Positions 1 to 13,300 of a stretch of DNA of 64,000 nucleotides are shown piece by piece. The notes below the pieces were generated by a model. It was not told the DNA's origin. It searched no databases and saw only the letters and a program-made list of their open reading frames with translations. The DNA comes from Paramoeba atlantica (taxonomy: Eukaryota; Protista; Discosea): NCBI GenBank assembly GCA_977017575.1, contig CDRNVI010000155.1, positions 1 through 64,000 on the forward strand, given 5' to 3'. The translations under genes were made by a program, and so were the position numbers. The stretch's first letter is position 1; each line of letters begins with the position of its first letter.

Positions 1-2
1 AG

Positions 3-668
3 ATGCGTTTGTTGCTTCTTTCGTTGTGTCTTTTGGGGTTTTTCTCCTTCTCTTCTCAACAAGATTGCGTTCATGATGAATGTGAATGTGTCGCTGACTC
101 TAATGCTTGTTTGAATCTTCGATGTTGTGATTTAGCGAGCGCTTTTATTGATGCCCGTACCGAAAAGTTTGGAGCCCACTCTCTCTTATCTCGGTGTATG
201 TGTTGCAGTTGTGCGAATGTCAATTGTACCAATAAGGTTAACTACAATGTCGATTATACTTCTCACAATACCGACGATGGAGATAAAAAGTCTATCAAAC
301 CAGTAGTGGCTGTTGTTGGTCGAGAAATGAAGAAAGACCAAAGAACTATTGCTGATTTGCACCGTGAGTTGTATGAAACAGCTGAAGAAGTTGAAATTCG
401 AGGGGAAGAAGAACAATGTCTTGAATATAATCAAGTTTGTAATTGTGCACTCGATTCCGATTCTTGTTCCTCCAGTCTTTGTTGTGGGATTGATGCGTCT
501 TTCGATTCAAGTGTCTTGAATAAGAGAAAGTTGATTCGTGGAGATGGAGTGACTCGAGGAGATCTCCATTTTGAATGTGATTGTTGTTCTTGTAGTCAAG
601 TTGATTGTACTGATTCTGAATCTTACTCCGAGATTGCTGATATTGATACTGAATTCATAGAGGAATGA
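3..668 (+). CDS. Secreted Cys-rich protein with two internally repeated Cys-rich domains
   Basis: Intronless 221-aa ORF with a hydrophobic signal peptide. Two repeats: CVHDECECVADSNACLNLRCC...CMCCSCANVNC and CLEYNQVCNCALDSDSCSSSLCC...CDCCSCSQVDC. Confidence 0.75.
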   Translation: MRLLLLSLCLLGFFSFSSQQDCVHDECECVADSNACLNLRCCDLASAFIDARTEKFGAHSLLSRCMCCSCANVNCTNKVNYNVDYTSHNTDDGDKKSIKPVVAVVGREMKKDQRTIADLHRELYETAEEVEIRGEEEQCLEYNQVCNCALDSDSCSSSLCCGIDASFDSSVLNKRKLIRGDGVTRGDLHFECDCCSCSQVDCTDSESYSEIADIDTEFIEE

Positions 669-802
669 TTTTTTGAAGAAATAAAAAGTTTCTTCTTTGT
701 TTATTTGAGTTGGGATAAAATAATTTGTCTTTTATTTGAAAATAAAAATCGACTCCAATTTTTCTGATTTTTGCCAAAAAAGCGAGCGAAAAAAAAAAGA
801 AA

Positions 803-1887
803 ATGAACCCATTTTTTTGGGTTTCTCTCTTTCTTTCTTTCTTCTCTCTTTCTTTCTTTCTTCTCTCTTCACACAACACAACACAAAAGAAGAGCTCTTT
901 TCTGAGGGGAAGAGAGAGAGAGGAGAGAATGGGGGGTGGGAAAGAAGAAGAAAATGGAAAAAGAAAGAGAAGAAATGGAATGAAATGGGGAGAAGAGCTG
1001 GAGCTTCTTCACACTCTCGGATTTTCAGATCAAGCAAGAAATTCTTTTTTGTTGAGAGGTTTTTCTTTTTTTTTTCTTTCTTTCTTTCTCTCTCTCTCTC
1101 TCTCTTTTTCTTTCTCTCTTTTCTTCCAAGAATCTTAAGATTGTTTTTTTTTTCAGTTTCGAATGGAGATGTCGATAGAGTCCTTCAAGAATTAATGGAA
1201 GAGAGAGAGGAGGAAGAGAGAGAAAGAAAGGAAAAGGGACAGAGAAAAAAGAGAAAAAAGACGACGCCATTATCACCACTCTCTTCTTCTTCTTCTTCTT
1301 GTCTTTCTCACACTTTTCCTTCTCCCTCTACATCTTCCTCCTCACAACCATCGTCCCCGTCAAAGACAAAGAAAAGAAAAAGAGTTTCTTCTCTCTCTTC
1401 GTCTCACATCCCTTCTTCTCTTCCTCCTGACCTCCGTCAACAATCTCAAAAAAGAAGAAAACATCTCCAAAACCTCCTCTCGAAACAAAGAAGAAAAGAA
1501 CAACAAACAACAACAACAACAACAACTTTCGAAAAAAATATCCCCAGAAAGAGAAAAGTTGTTTTTGGGAGAGAAAAATGGAAAAATGAGATCAAAATTT
1601 TGAGAGAAATTGGTTTTCATGACGATTCTCTCTCTGTTGCTTTGTTGGAAATGTGTGATGGAGATTTAGATCGTTTGTTGTTTTCTCAAATTGAGAGGGA
1701 GAGAGAGGAGGAAAAGAGAAAAGGAGAGAAGAGAGAGTTTTTGTTGGGAGATGGGGGGGAAGAAGAGAGGAGAAGAGTTTTGTTTGGGAATCGGGGTGGT
1801 GGGAGAATGTTTGTTTCTTCTTTGAATTGGAGAAATGGGAGAGGGAGGGGGAGAGGAGGAGGAGAGGTGATTCGAAGAAAGAGATAG
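803..1887 (+). CDS. Protein with two UBA-like domains and a Ser/Lys-rich linker (spliced; exact start and end uncertain)
   Basis: Splicing the GT-AG intron at ~1059-1157 gives KWGEELELLHTLGFSDQARNSFLLRVSNGDVDRVLQEL. A second UBA reads KWKNEIKILREIGFHDDSLSVALLEMCDGDLDRLL. Both have the GF loop and a C-terminal GD-x-DR helix. Confidence 0.65.
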
Positions 1888-2307
1888 AAAGGTAGAGAAA
1901 GGAGAGAGGAGAGAGAGAAAGAGAGGGATATAGAGAGAGAAAGGTGTGGGTGAAAAAAAAATAATCTTTTTTTTTGTTTGTGGAATTGGGATTTTTGGTG
2001 TTTTGGTAAATTTGTATGTTGTGTATGTGTGGACAATTTTGTGTTCTTTTTGTTCCTAGATTTTCATGTAATGAGGAATTTTTGGATTTTTGGATTGAAA
2101 GGAAATTTTTTTAAGAAATCTTATCAAATAAAAAGATCTTTTTTTGAAAAAAAGAATGTTTTTTTCTTTTTTTTCATTCTTCAAAAAATAAATATGTTGA
2201 GATTTTGTCAAAAAAAAAATAATTCTGATCTGTTCTCTCTTTTCTCTTCTCTCTTCTCTCTCTCTCTCTCTCTCTTCAAGTCATCAATATCATCACCGTC
2301 ATTCACA

Positions 2308-3252
2308 TCATAAAGGAAGAAGATTTCTTAGTTGTTCTTCAGGTAAATTCGTTCGAATACAATTGCCCTTAAACTTTGATTCATAGTAATGAACATCATT
2401 TTTGTAATACTTTCCCAACCAATGCCCCGTTTCGTTGAAAGTAAAAGAATAGAGAGTTCTTCTTCTCTTGTTTTTCAAAGTTTGAGTAGGTTCCCTGGCA
2501 ATTACATCGTCCCCCAACAATTTTTTCAGAAGTCGTAGACAATCAGTAAGACAACTCAACCGACAATAGAGAAAAGAATATCCTTTCTCTTCTATACCAG
2601 TTAAGAAAGGAGTTTGCCAAGGAAAATGAATAAAGTAGCGATGCATTTTGGAGAGATGAGCTGCTGTAACATTTCCAGAACGACAAATGGCGGTGAAGTT
2701 CGCGTCGTTGTATCTGACTGGGCTTGAGCAAGCGTGTGACCAAGCAGAATCGAGCCATGTGACAGGGTCTCGCAAAACAGAAAAGAAAAGAAATCTTTGG
2801 GAAAAACATTCTGTTCGATTGACTGTTTTGTTTTGTACAACCACTTCTTCTGTTGGGATATTTTTTAATTGAGCAGCTACTGCTTTAAACTCAATTTCTT
2901 TCGAGAAAACGAGAGTGTGTTTCAGCTTTTCTTGGTCCTTACAAACTTTCTTGAAGTATCCTGGTTCATTTGGGGAATAAGGAGAAGGGTTTTGGACCCG
3001 AGACAACACTGAATTGACTGTATGTCCTCCTGTTTTGGCAATGTGTAAATAGAAAAGAGAGCTTCCTTCTGAAATGTTGACTCGTGGGTTGGGCGGTTCG
3101 ACAAAAGTGAAGGAGAGAGGGGGAGGAGACGGTGATGAGGAGTTGTGTTGGTTTGGTTGGGGGGAATGATTTTCTTTGGGCAGTCTTGGTCGGCGGGATT
3201 GTAAAAGAGAAAAGAACAAGGCGAAGAAGAAAAGCACCTTCAAAAAGTCCAT
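2308..3252 (-). CDS. Membrane-anchored (Golgi-type) sulfotransferase-family protein
   Basis: N-terminal anchor MDFLKVLFFFALFFSLL, 5'-PSB-like motif YLHIAKTGGHT, 3'-PB-like motif SVLRDPVTWLDSAW. Confidence 0.7.
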   Translation of the reverse strand: MDFLKVLFFFALFFSLLQSRRPRLPKENHSPQPNQHNSSSPSPPPLSFTFVEPPNPRVNISEGSSLFYLHIAKTGGHTVNSVLSRVQNPSPYSPNEPGYFKKVCKDQEKLKHTLVFSKEIEFKAVAAQLKNIPTEEVVVQNKTVNRTECFSQRFLFFSVLRDPVTWLDSAWSHACSSPVRYNDANFTAICRSGNVTAAHLSKMHRYFIHFPWQTPFLTGIEEKGYSFLYCRLSCLTDCLRLLKKLLGDDVIAREPTQTLKNKRRRTLYSFTFNETGHWLGKYYKNDVHYYESKFKGNCIRTNLPEEQLRNLLPL

Positions 3253-3456
3253 TTGAAAAGAGAAGAAGAAGAGAAAGAAGGGGTGGGTAACTTGCTGAAG
3301 AAGAGGAAGTAGGAGTAGAAGAAGAAGAGGAAGTGGGAGTAGAAGAAGAGGAAGAAGGAGCCTCAAGCAATTCGCCTGAAATAGCCGCAGCAGAGAACAG
3401 AACAAGGGTCGGAGAAAGGAACAAGAAAAAGAACAAAAAGAAGAAAGGAAAAAAAA

Positions 3457-5326
3457 CACGCAGGGCTAAAGTCAGAGAAATTGTCGCGCTAAATTCAGAA
3501 ATTGTCATTTTCATTTTATTTAATTTCGTGCATTTCTGACACTTCCTTCCTCTCATGTTTTGTCATCTTCCCTTTGTTGGAGGGGACCTTATACCATGCA
3601 GGACACATCCAAAACACATCATAGAACTCACAGCCCCACCAATCACGTCCAATTCGACATGTTTTTTGACATCCAGTCTTACACTCTCGTGTTTTTTGCT
3701 CTCTCTCCTTCTCTCTGAGGGTTCTCTCTCTCAACAATTTTCTTTTCTCTTTCTCTCTTTTTCTCAATTCTTTTTTGCTCTTGCTCTTCTCTTTTCTTTT
3801 GTCTCTCTTGGGCCTTTTTCTCTTTCGCAAGTTTCTTTTCTTTTCCTTTTCTCCTCCTCCATCACATCTGCAGGGTCATACCCACGATTTTTTTTCACAG
3901 CGCTGGTCACCCTCTTAATTTTCTTCCCCTCCTCACTTGCCTTCTCAACTGTCTTTTCAACCACCAAGGTGACTTGTTGTGTCATTTTCTCGACAAAGTA
4001 CTCGTGCTCTGAAGTGGGTGTAAATCCAGCATCATCCCCACCAGGCAGGTGGTTCTCCTTGGCCAACTGAAGGATTTTCTTTTCAGAAAAAGGGAACAAA
4101 CCAGTCTCCTTAAACACTTTGGCAATAGTCTTGGCTGTGAAGGCTTTCTTTGCATCTTGGAGGACAAAGTCAATAAAAGAAAACACATTGGTCCGAGAAA
4201 ACATTTGTAAATAGGCATGCTCCCTCGTGATGTTGGTTACTTGCTGTTTCAGGCTCCAAATAAAAGGTTATCAAGTGGCTGTGACCAGTGTGAGGTGTGG
4301 GTGACTAGAAAACACAAAGAGACCTGTTTTTCAAAAGCCTTTTGGATCACTTGGATCTGATGATGGGAGCCAAGGTTGTCTCCTAAGCATCTTCATTCCA
4401 CTCCAGGGTGCAAAATATTCCATCTTGAGACAAAATCCTCCATAATTTGTTGGAAAACAACATCATTAATATATCCTGACTTAGTAAAGAAGAGAAGAGA
4501 GGGAAGTTGGGCAGATCAAGTTCGTTTTGAGGTGTTTGGAAGATCGAGGTGGACAGTTGCAGTGTCCCCATCACTGAATTTGGCAGCAAACACAAAGTAT
4601 GTCGCAAGGGTCATTCCGTCAGCCCCCACAAAGGGTAGTAGAAAGGTTCCACAGTGTGTCCCCTTGATACTTGACCAATTTTGAGACTTCTTAACTTTCT
4701 TGCTCACCAACTGCTTAATCCGCAATTTACCCTCCTGAGTCAGCAGAATCTGGCACTCATCATAGTTGACAAATGCAAATGAAAGTGGCGTTCACATCAC
4801 AAAAAACTTCTTCATCTTTTCAAGAAAACAGACAGTTTCATCATAAAGATGACCAGAAGCTCAATCCTTCGAGAGAGGGGTGGTATTTCCGAGGCCTAAG
4901 TCGTCTGAATGCTTCTTCAAAAAACGTTGGATTATTGAGCGTGAGATTTCCTTCAAAAACATATCTTCTGCTGCTTTATGCATTTGATCCACTGTCCATG
5001 GTTTCTGAATATTCACCAAAGCAATTGCAATGTAGAGGAGAGACTTCTGTTCTTCCTCTGTCAGGCAGGAATTGCCATGAACTTCACCAGGCTGTTTCCT
5101 CCAGTAATAGGCCTTACTGACCGCATTTTCGCTCTTCCCAATTTCTCTACCATGGATCTTACAGGCCTCACCAACCAAGTGACCCTTTTTGAGAAGCTTT
5201 TGGATGTCCACAACGAGATTGGCGTACGCCATAACCCAGAACAAAACAAGTTGTTGTCCGTTCCAACAAACACGAAAATGACAATTTGTGATTTTAGAGC
5301 GACAATTTCTGACTTTAGCCCGCATG
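3457..5326 (-). mobile_element. Degenerate pogo/Fot1-like (Tc1/mariner superfamily) DNA transposon with ~55-bp TIRs
   Basis: Imperfect TIRs at 3457-3512 and 5271-5326 (cacgcagggctaaagtcagagaaattgtcgc vs revcomp catgcgggctaaagtcagaaattgtcgc), with an internal repeat cagaaattgtc. Frameshifted ORF pieces: CENP-B-like HTH (4861-5358), DDE_1-like pieces (4516-4725; AFTAKTIAKVFKETGLFPFS in 3764-4204), and a C-terminal Cys/Trp PHD-like remnant. TSD not resolved. Confidence 0.8.
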
Positions 5327-5479
5327 AAAAGTTTGTTTTTCGATTTTTCTTTTATCAAAAAGTTTTGGTTTTTTGGTTTTTTTTTTTTTGACTTTCTTTC
5401 AACACAAACTCACAGTCTCGACTTGTGGTTCTTTGAACCTCATTCTCAAGACCAACTCATTCTTGGAATGAAGCTCTGG

Positions 5480-6940
5480 TCAGCAGCTCAGGAAGAGTAA
5501 ATTCGCAAAGTAAAATTCTTGAGGAGATGTTTTGGTATTCATATGATCCTCACAAGCAAGAGAAATGATACGTGAAAGTGAAATAAATAAGGGAGGGGGA
5601 AAGTGGAATCAGGCTCAAAAAAAAGACTGTTTTCCTTTTCGTTTGGCTGGTTTGATATTTGAAATGGGGCGAAAATCCTAAACAACACAACACAATGAAA
5701 AAACAGAATCGAACAAAGAGAAAAGGAAAGAAAACTTTCGAAAGAAAAACAAGGGAAGAAAAAGAAAGGAAAACTTGAATTGCTTTTGCAACATCTGGAT
5801 GACCATACTGGATTGCTTTTTGTTCGGGTGTGCTCCCAAAGAAATCTGTTCAGAAGAAAAAACGATTTCTCTTTTAGTTTGTTGTTTGTTTGATTTTGAG
5901 AAAAATCTTTCCCTCAAAACTACTTCACTTTCACAAAAAAAAAATGTGAAAGAAGAAAAAGAAGAAAAAGAAGAACCGATTATCTTTGGATCTGCGCCAC
6001 TTTGCAGAAGAATTAAAGTAATCTCAACAGACCCACCAAAAGCTGCTTTATGTAAAGGACTCTTTATGTAAAGGAGAAGAGAAAGAGAAGAGAAACAAAT
6101 AAAAAGAGAGAAAAAAAGGAAGAACATCAGAGGGGAAAGAAAAAAGAGAAGAAGGAAAATAAAAATAGAAATAAAAAGAAATACTTGATTAGTATCATCA
6201 AGTACATTGACATCTGCTCCAAATTTTATTAATAATTTTGTTGTCTCAACCAACCCTCGAAGTGCGCTGTGGTGGATTGGTGCCTATCATGTCAAAGAGA
6301 AAAAGGAAAGAGAGAAAGAGAGAGGGGGGGGGAAAGAGATAAAGAGAGGGAGGAGGAGGAATGAAGAGGGGAATATGAGAAAAAGAAGAGAAGAGAAAAA
6401 AGAGAAAAAAGAGAAAAAGAGAAAAGAGAAAAAACCCAACGAATAAAGCCCTCCGTTGGTATTTCATTGACAAGAGCAAGAGAGTTCTCTTCTTTCTGAA
6501 GACGCTCTTCCAATTCCTTCACCCCACCAACTTCAGATTTGGGGTTGAGGTTCTCAATAATCTCCCCAATTGACCGACCATTCATCTCTCTCTTTTCTTC
6601 TTTTCACGCACTTCTCTTTTCTTTCACCCACTCTCTTTTCTTTTTCTTTCTCTTCGTAATAATTTCCCTTTTCGCAAAAGAAACTATTACAAAGCGAACA
6701 ATCCTGCTCTCCTTTCTTCTAAAACCCTTTCCCCCTCAAATCTTTACAAAAGAAAATCAGGCCAAAAAAGTTTAAATTTTAGCGTCAATTCCCTATTCTT
6801 TAAACACAAAAAAAAGGAGGAAAAAAGGAGGAAAAAGAAAAGGAAGAAGAGAAGAGAGACAGGAAACGATGAAAATCTTGTCCTTGTCAATTCATTCAAA
6901 AGTTTTTCAAGGTTTTTCTTGAACCCGAAAACCAGCAAAG
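5480..6940 (-). CDS. Ankyrin-repeat protein (multi-exon; 5' end uncertain)
   Basis: Spliced repeats APIHHSALRGLVETTKLLIKFGADVN, SPLHKAAFGGSVEITLILLQSGADP and DFFGSTPEQKAIQYGHPDVAKAIQ. Putative stop at 5480-5482. Confidence 0.75.
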
Positions 6941-7300
6941 AGACAGCAAAAGTTCAGGCAAAAACTCAACAACCGAGAAGCGGTGAATCGAGATGCCAAG
7001 GGCCAAAAATCGAACAAGAAGAAACAAGAGAGGAAGAACCCGAGACAAAAAAAACAAGTCAGCAAAAAAGAAGGGTCCGCAATACAACAAGAAGAAAACA
7101 AAAATGGAGAAAAGATCTTTTTGAGAATCCCGAATTATCCATTTTTGGGAATTTTTCTTTTCTGGAGTGATACACACGTCATCAAATTTTACACAAATTC
7201 TGTCCCCGCTTTTTTTTTCTCTTTCTTTTTGTTTTTTTGCTTTTTGTTTTTGGTTTCCGAGAGCCCCGAAAGACTAAGCGCTTTTCCTTCCGAGGGGAAA

Positions 7301-10300
7301 ATGTCTCCTTCTCTTTTGTTGTTGTCCTTTTTTTTGTTTTGTGTTTGTGATGTTGTTCTTTGTAATGAAGAAGGCCGCCCAAAGTTAGTCAAGGGAACTT
7401 TGAGTGAAGGAAGAAAGAACTTTTTGGGGGGCGAGTATGAATGGATTCAATCAGCTTTTGAGTTTGATCAACCTCTTTATTTGAACGAACCAATTATTTG
7501 TGCAGATTTAGAACAGAGTTGTCCTCCTCTTGATTGTGTTCCATGTGATTGGACAACACCTGAAAAGGCAACTTCTTGTTGGGATGAGCAGTGTTGTACC
7601 CCTTCTGTTCCAATTCAAGAAAAAGAACGTTGGTGCCCAAATTCAACAACAACGAATCCACCACCACCGTTCACCGCAATCAAAGTGAATGAAAAATCAG
7701 AAATTTTCAAGATGGATGCTCAAGAAGAAAGATCCTTTCGAGTTTTTATTGGCGAGGATTTATATTGTCACCCCATTTTGCTTGCGATGCGATCCTTGTA
7801 TGGGAATCACAATCTCTTCATCTCATCAATAGTTCCCACCCCAAACTTTGGGGATATCTTTGTGGTTCCTGGGACATACTACAGACAAAATCTTTTTAGT
7901 TATGGTCAATCGAATACAGTCCTTTGTCCGGGAACCAGGGGATATACACCTGGAACCTATTCTCTTTTAGTCACAGCTTATGAAGCAACAGAGTTTTATT
8001 TTGAGATTGTTTCTGCTCCTGATCCTCTTCCTCAACCTCCTCCACCTGAAGTTGTGTCATGTGATTCTGTTCCTCCTGAGGTTCTTGTTACACCCGAAGG
8101 AGATCAAGCAATTTGTTTGGAAGATGGAAAAACTGTTACAATTGATACACAAGTTTGTTTTCTTGAAAAGAATTTTTTTTTTTATTCTTCTTTGGTGGGT
8201 GGTGTTTAAACACACTTCAAAATAGGGAAGTGCCTCAAATACCATTAAGGGTTCCTTCATACTCCCTGTTCCTGAAGGATGCCATTCTGTCACATTTTCA
8301 GCACAGAATTTAAAATCAGAGTCTTTTGCAGATCCTGATCCTGTCTGCCTTCCTCCTGATATTGATGAAAATTGGGCAGATACTGGTGCTCTTGCAAGGT
8401 GTGACAACCTTTTTTTTTTCTTGGTTCAAAAAAATAATCCCCTCACTCTTCTTTTTCTCTCTCTCTCTCTCTCTCTTAAAAGATGGACTGCTGGAGATGA
8501 TTATCTTTCTTTCTTTGGATGCTATTCGAAAATAACTTATATTCGTTGCTCTGCTTTCATGTTTCTTGGAGGGAATATTAGTTTTATTTGGTCATCAACC
8601 TCACCTTTCTTGAGAACCCCGATTGTTGATGTATTGCCGATCCCTCTTGCAACAATGTCTGGGCTTAGTGCTTTGGGAACAATCAGAGATGGTACCCCGA
8701 TCTGTGGGGGTTTTACTGGTTGTCCCTCCTGGCTTCTTCCACCTGTCTCTGATCCCCTAACCTTTTGGCCTCCACCTGATCTCCCATTTTTCCCCCTTGG
8801 ACATTATGATCCTTTACCCATGGATTTAATTTCCTTGGAGGTTCTCCAAAATACAGGTTTTTTTTTATTATTCCCCTCTTCTCCCTTCTCCCTCCCCCCC
8901 CCCTTTTTTTTTTTTTTCTATGAGGAGGAAATAATAATCCATATGTCTTCTCTCTCCTTTTGTTTTCTCTTCTTTTTTTGTTTTGTGTAGTGATTTTTAT
9001 GGACACAACTCTCCGAGCTGGACGGACATATGGCTCAAGAGAAGGACAACTTCAAGAAGGATCCATTGCATTTTTCTCTCTCACCAATGCTGATGGCTTA
9101 CCTCCAATCTTCCCACCATCTTCTGCTCCCCCACTTGAAGATGAAGCTGATTTTTTCGATTATATCTCAAATATTCGTTATGCTGACTTAGTCCCAAGAG
9201 AGAAGACTTGTGACCAAGAGAAATTTCAAGGGATGAGGGAGTTAATTGAGGAAATGATTTCTTCAATTACAACTTCTTCTTCAACAAATGCTTCAATGTT
9301 CACGGTTTGTGCCACAGAAAGAACCAGACCAGACAAAAGTCATTATTTTATTTTCTCTTTTTGTCACTTACTCTCTCCTTTCTTCCTTCTTTTTAGTACT
9401 ATGTGGAGTTGTTCAATACACAATTGGTCAATCGAGATTGCATTGAATCACTCATCTCACTCTTCCCAACTGAAATCAGAACAACAACTCTCAGTGGACT
9501 TAGTTGCTTTTTTGAAGAAGGGACAATTGAATGGGAGGAAGATCCTTGTTGTAATCGGTTCCGTCTGGTCTCTTTCTCCATTTTGTCTTAACTTTTTTCT
9601 TCTTTGTAAAAACAATTCTCATCTCCATTTTCTTTCTTTTTTTTTAAGGCAAATCAATGTTGCAGATTCAAAACTTCTTCCATTGAAACAACAGGATTCG
9701 TTTATGAAGAACAAGATGAACTGACTTGTCGAACTGAGGAATGCACCTCTTCTTATTTTTCTGACTTTTTACGATCATACAATGACCAATTTGATCGGGT
9801 GATTGGGTGTTCTCCTTTGTTGCCACCGGTTTCTTTTTCTTATTTTCATATTCGAGTTATTTCTTTTTGTTTTCTCACAATGTGAGATTTTTTTAGAGGG
9901 AACAAACGAATGCTGAATTAAAACTGAAAGTCCCTGAATTGGAAAAAATGCGTTCTTGTCTGAACAAAGTCGGTTTTGGAGGTTTCTTTTTTTTTGGTGT
10001 TCTCTCACACACCCTTCTTCTTCTTCTCCTGCAAAAGATAAATTGAACCCTCCTTTTTTTGTAGACCGATTTTTAGGAGTTCCTTGTACTCAAGATGATG
10101 AGTGTCCTGAAAAATGCAACAAAAGAACAGGGATTTGTGATGTTGGGATGGCTAGTGAACTTGAAGATGCTTTTCTTACTTGTTATATTGAGCAGATTTC
10201 TCCTTTTACTGAGGTAAAACTCCCACCAAAAATAATCAATATTAATATTCCAAATCAAAAATTTTAAGATTATTCAAAGTAATTTTCTATTGGGAACGAA

Positions 10301-13300
10301 ATTAAATTCACACCACACAGGATTACATTCGGAGAAAAATCCTCTCAACTGATGAACAACACTTGTCTCGTGAATCAAAGGAATTCTTTTCTGTATTGAA
10401 GAAATATGCATCAATGAATGATTGTGTGAATCTCCAGTCTCCTCTTGATATTTCTCAGAGAACAAAAATTGTCCTTGATCACAGAGAATTGAGCAGCACA
10501 CCACCATGCCCGAATCCATTACAATTTTGTCTTGCGAATGAAATTTGTATTTATAATCACATCCAATGTTCACCTGCTTTTGTCCCTCGACTTTCTCAAA
10601 ATTTGTTCAAGTTATCAGAATCCTCCCCTGAATCTTGTGCTGCTGTGGCTTGTAGTGGTGAGTGTCTTGCTGAGCCATTTTGTGGTTTCTGTTTTGAGGA
10701 TGGTGCAGAGGATTCATGTCAACATGTTGAAGAAGGAGGTGTTTCTCAAGAGGAATGTGAGAATTCTCCTGGCGCTTGTCGGGCTCCAAATGGGACAATA
10801 TTTTCAAATCTCTCTGAGGAGGAGTGCAATCAAATTCAGGTTTTTGGGCCTTCTCTCTATTTTTTTTTTGGAGAGAGGTGATTTTTTGAATCAAATTTTC
10901 AAAAAAATAATCTTTGATTTTTCAGGGAGAATGTTCGATTCTTTGTCATGATGAGCAATGTGTTTCAGCATCCCAATCTGATGATGGAGTTTGCGAAGTT
11001 TTTGATGCAGAAGGAGAGGGGGAGTGTGATGGTCTTGGTGGGACATGGGTGTCTTCTTCGTGTCTTGTTGGTTCCATCACAAAATCGGAGTGTGAGGTTT
11101 GGGAATTTCTTTTTTTCTTCAAATTTCTTTTTTCTTTTTTTTGACAAGAAAAATATTTGTTTTTTAAAGGCATCTTTCCAATCATCCCAATGGATTCTTT
11201 GTGGAGAACAAGATGAAAGTTCTTGTTCTTCAAGTTCAACAGCTCCTTTCTCTTATTTGGGTTGCCAGTGGAGATCAGTTTCTCGTCCCTGTTCAGGGAA
11301 AGAAGAGTGTGAAAGTGCAGGAGAATGTTCAGATTCACATTTTCTTCATCTTTTGGGGTCGGGGGAGACAGCAGGATGTCTCTCTGCTGGGATTTTCCCT
11401 ATTTCAACATCTGAAAGTCAATTCCCACTTCCAAGTTTTGGGTTTAACGAAACTCTTGATTCCCCACTCGGGTTTCTTCTTTCTTTGGAGGCCATAGACA
11501 ATGAAGAGGATTGTCTTGAGCGGGCAGACTTTGAAGGTGCTTTTATTTGGGTGGAGGGTGCTAAGAGTGAAGAAGAATGTGTGAAGAGAGAGCTTGGGAA
11601 GTATGGTTGTAAACTTCCTCAGAGTATTTTTTCAATTTTGTTTCTCTATGATGAGGAGGAGTGTGAGTGTGCTGGTGGAACATTTTTGCCTGCTTGGAGG
11701 TTTTTATTTTCTTTTTTCGAATATATTTCAAGAAAGAGAAGGATTTAAAATCTTGTTGATGAGGAGGCTCAGCCTCATTCTCATTTTTCTCTCTCTTATT
11801 TTTAGTTGGAGTGTTGGGGAATGGAAAGTGCCAAATTTTTTGCCTCTTCAATGGATTGAAGATGAACCACTTGCTGTGTATGAATATGTTGAGTCTTTGT
11901 CTTATTTTACACTGGAAAGTTGGGTCCTTTCAAGTGTTGAGGAAAGAATTATTCTTTCTACTCTTGCTGCTTTGACCTGTGAACATAATTTTACGTCTGT
12001 GACGGCAGATTGGTTAATTTGTGATTGTTATTCAACTAGTTCAGAAGGTTTTTTGTTTTTAATTTTTTTTACTTCTCTATTTCTTTTTGTCTTAAATGAA
12101 TGATGAGGGGAAAGGCTTTTCTAAAAATTCTCTTCTCCTTAGAATGTTTAGCTCCCTCTGCATCAAAAGTAGGATTTGGGAGAGTTTGTGCAAATCTCTC
12201 ATCAACTTTGATTATTCCTTCTGCTCATATTATCTTCAATGATCAATCTATCAGGTCATATTTTTCTCTTAAGTTTCTATTTCAAAATTTCTCTTGTTGA
12301 GTTGGTTGAAACAGGGAAGGGTGTGTTGACATGGATTTGGCATTCCTTTCTCATGATGGATTCTCATTTTTGAAGAAAAAACCATCAATCACAATCCAAT
12401 TTGCAGTTCGAGAATTTTTTTTTCTTTTCTAAATTTTTTTAGTTTTAATTTTTGGGTTTGTCTCACATTCCTTTGTCTTTTTAGCAACCACAAAACTCAG
12501 GGGTGGTTGTCAATCAAAAAGGTGTGACTGTTGGCACACTTGTGGGTGATGGAGTTGAGATTTCTCTCTCTCTCAGGTTTCGTTGTTTCAATCTCAATTC
12601 ATATTAAATTCAACTCTTTTGTTTACCTCTTTCTTTTTTTCTCTCCTTATAGATCATTTGGAAACGGAATCTCTTCAATTGGAGTATTTGATATTTGTTT
12701 ATATATTCGTGAAGGAACCAATTCTTCTCTTCCAAAAAGACACAATGTTCCTGATTTTGCTCTGCTTACTGGAGAAGATTCAATGGAAGTTCAGTATTTT
12801 GAAATCAATTCTACTGTCAGTTCTGGCTATTTGTTTTGGTGTGTGTCCATTGAAGATGTTTCTGGTTTAATTAACAAGACCAAGAAGACCAAGACCAACA
12901 AAGAGGAGGAGAGCGACGACAACCAGTTCACCCTCTTTCCTGTATATCGAGTAGAAAATGGAGAAGATGAAGATGTTTATTCAACCAGATCAGTCATTTT
13001 AGCATATATTTTGGCTGGAACTTATTTAGTTTTGTTTTGCTTCTACACTTTCCTTCTTCTCTTTAATATTAAGCGATTCCAAACTTTGTTGGGAACTTTT
13101 GTACCATTTCTTTTTGTGGCTGTGTGTGCTTTTCGATCAACATACTTTTTGATGTGGGCTCAAGAGCAATTTGTTGAGCCTGATGAGGTGGTTGAGTTTG
13201 TTCTCTTTGAAACACCTTCTTTCTTTCTTTTATTCCTTTTGTTGGTGTTGATCTATTGTTGGAAATCAATTACAAAGCGAAGGTTTTTTCTTTTTTCAAA

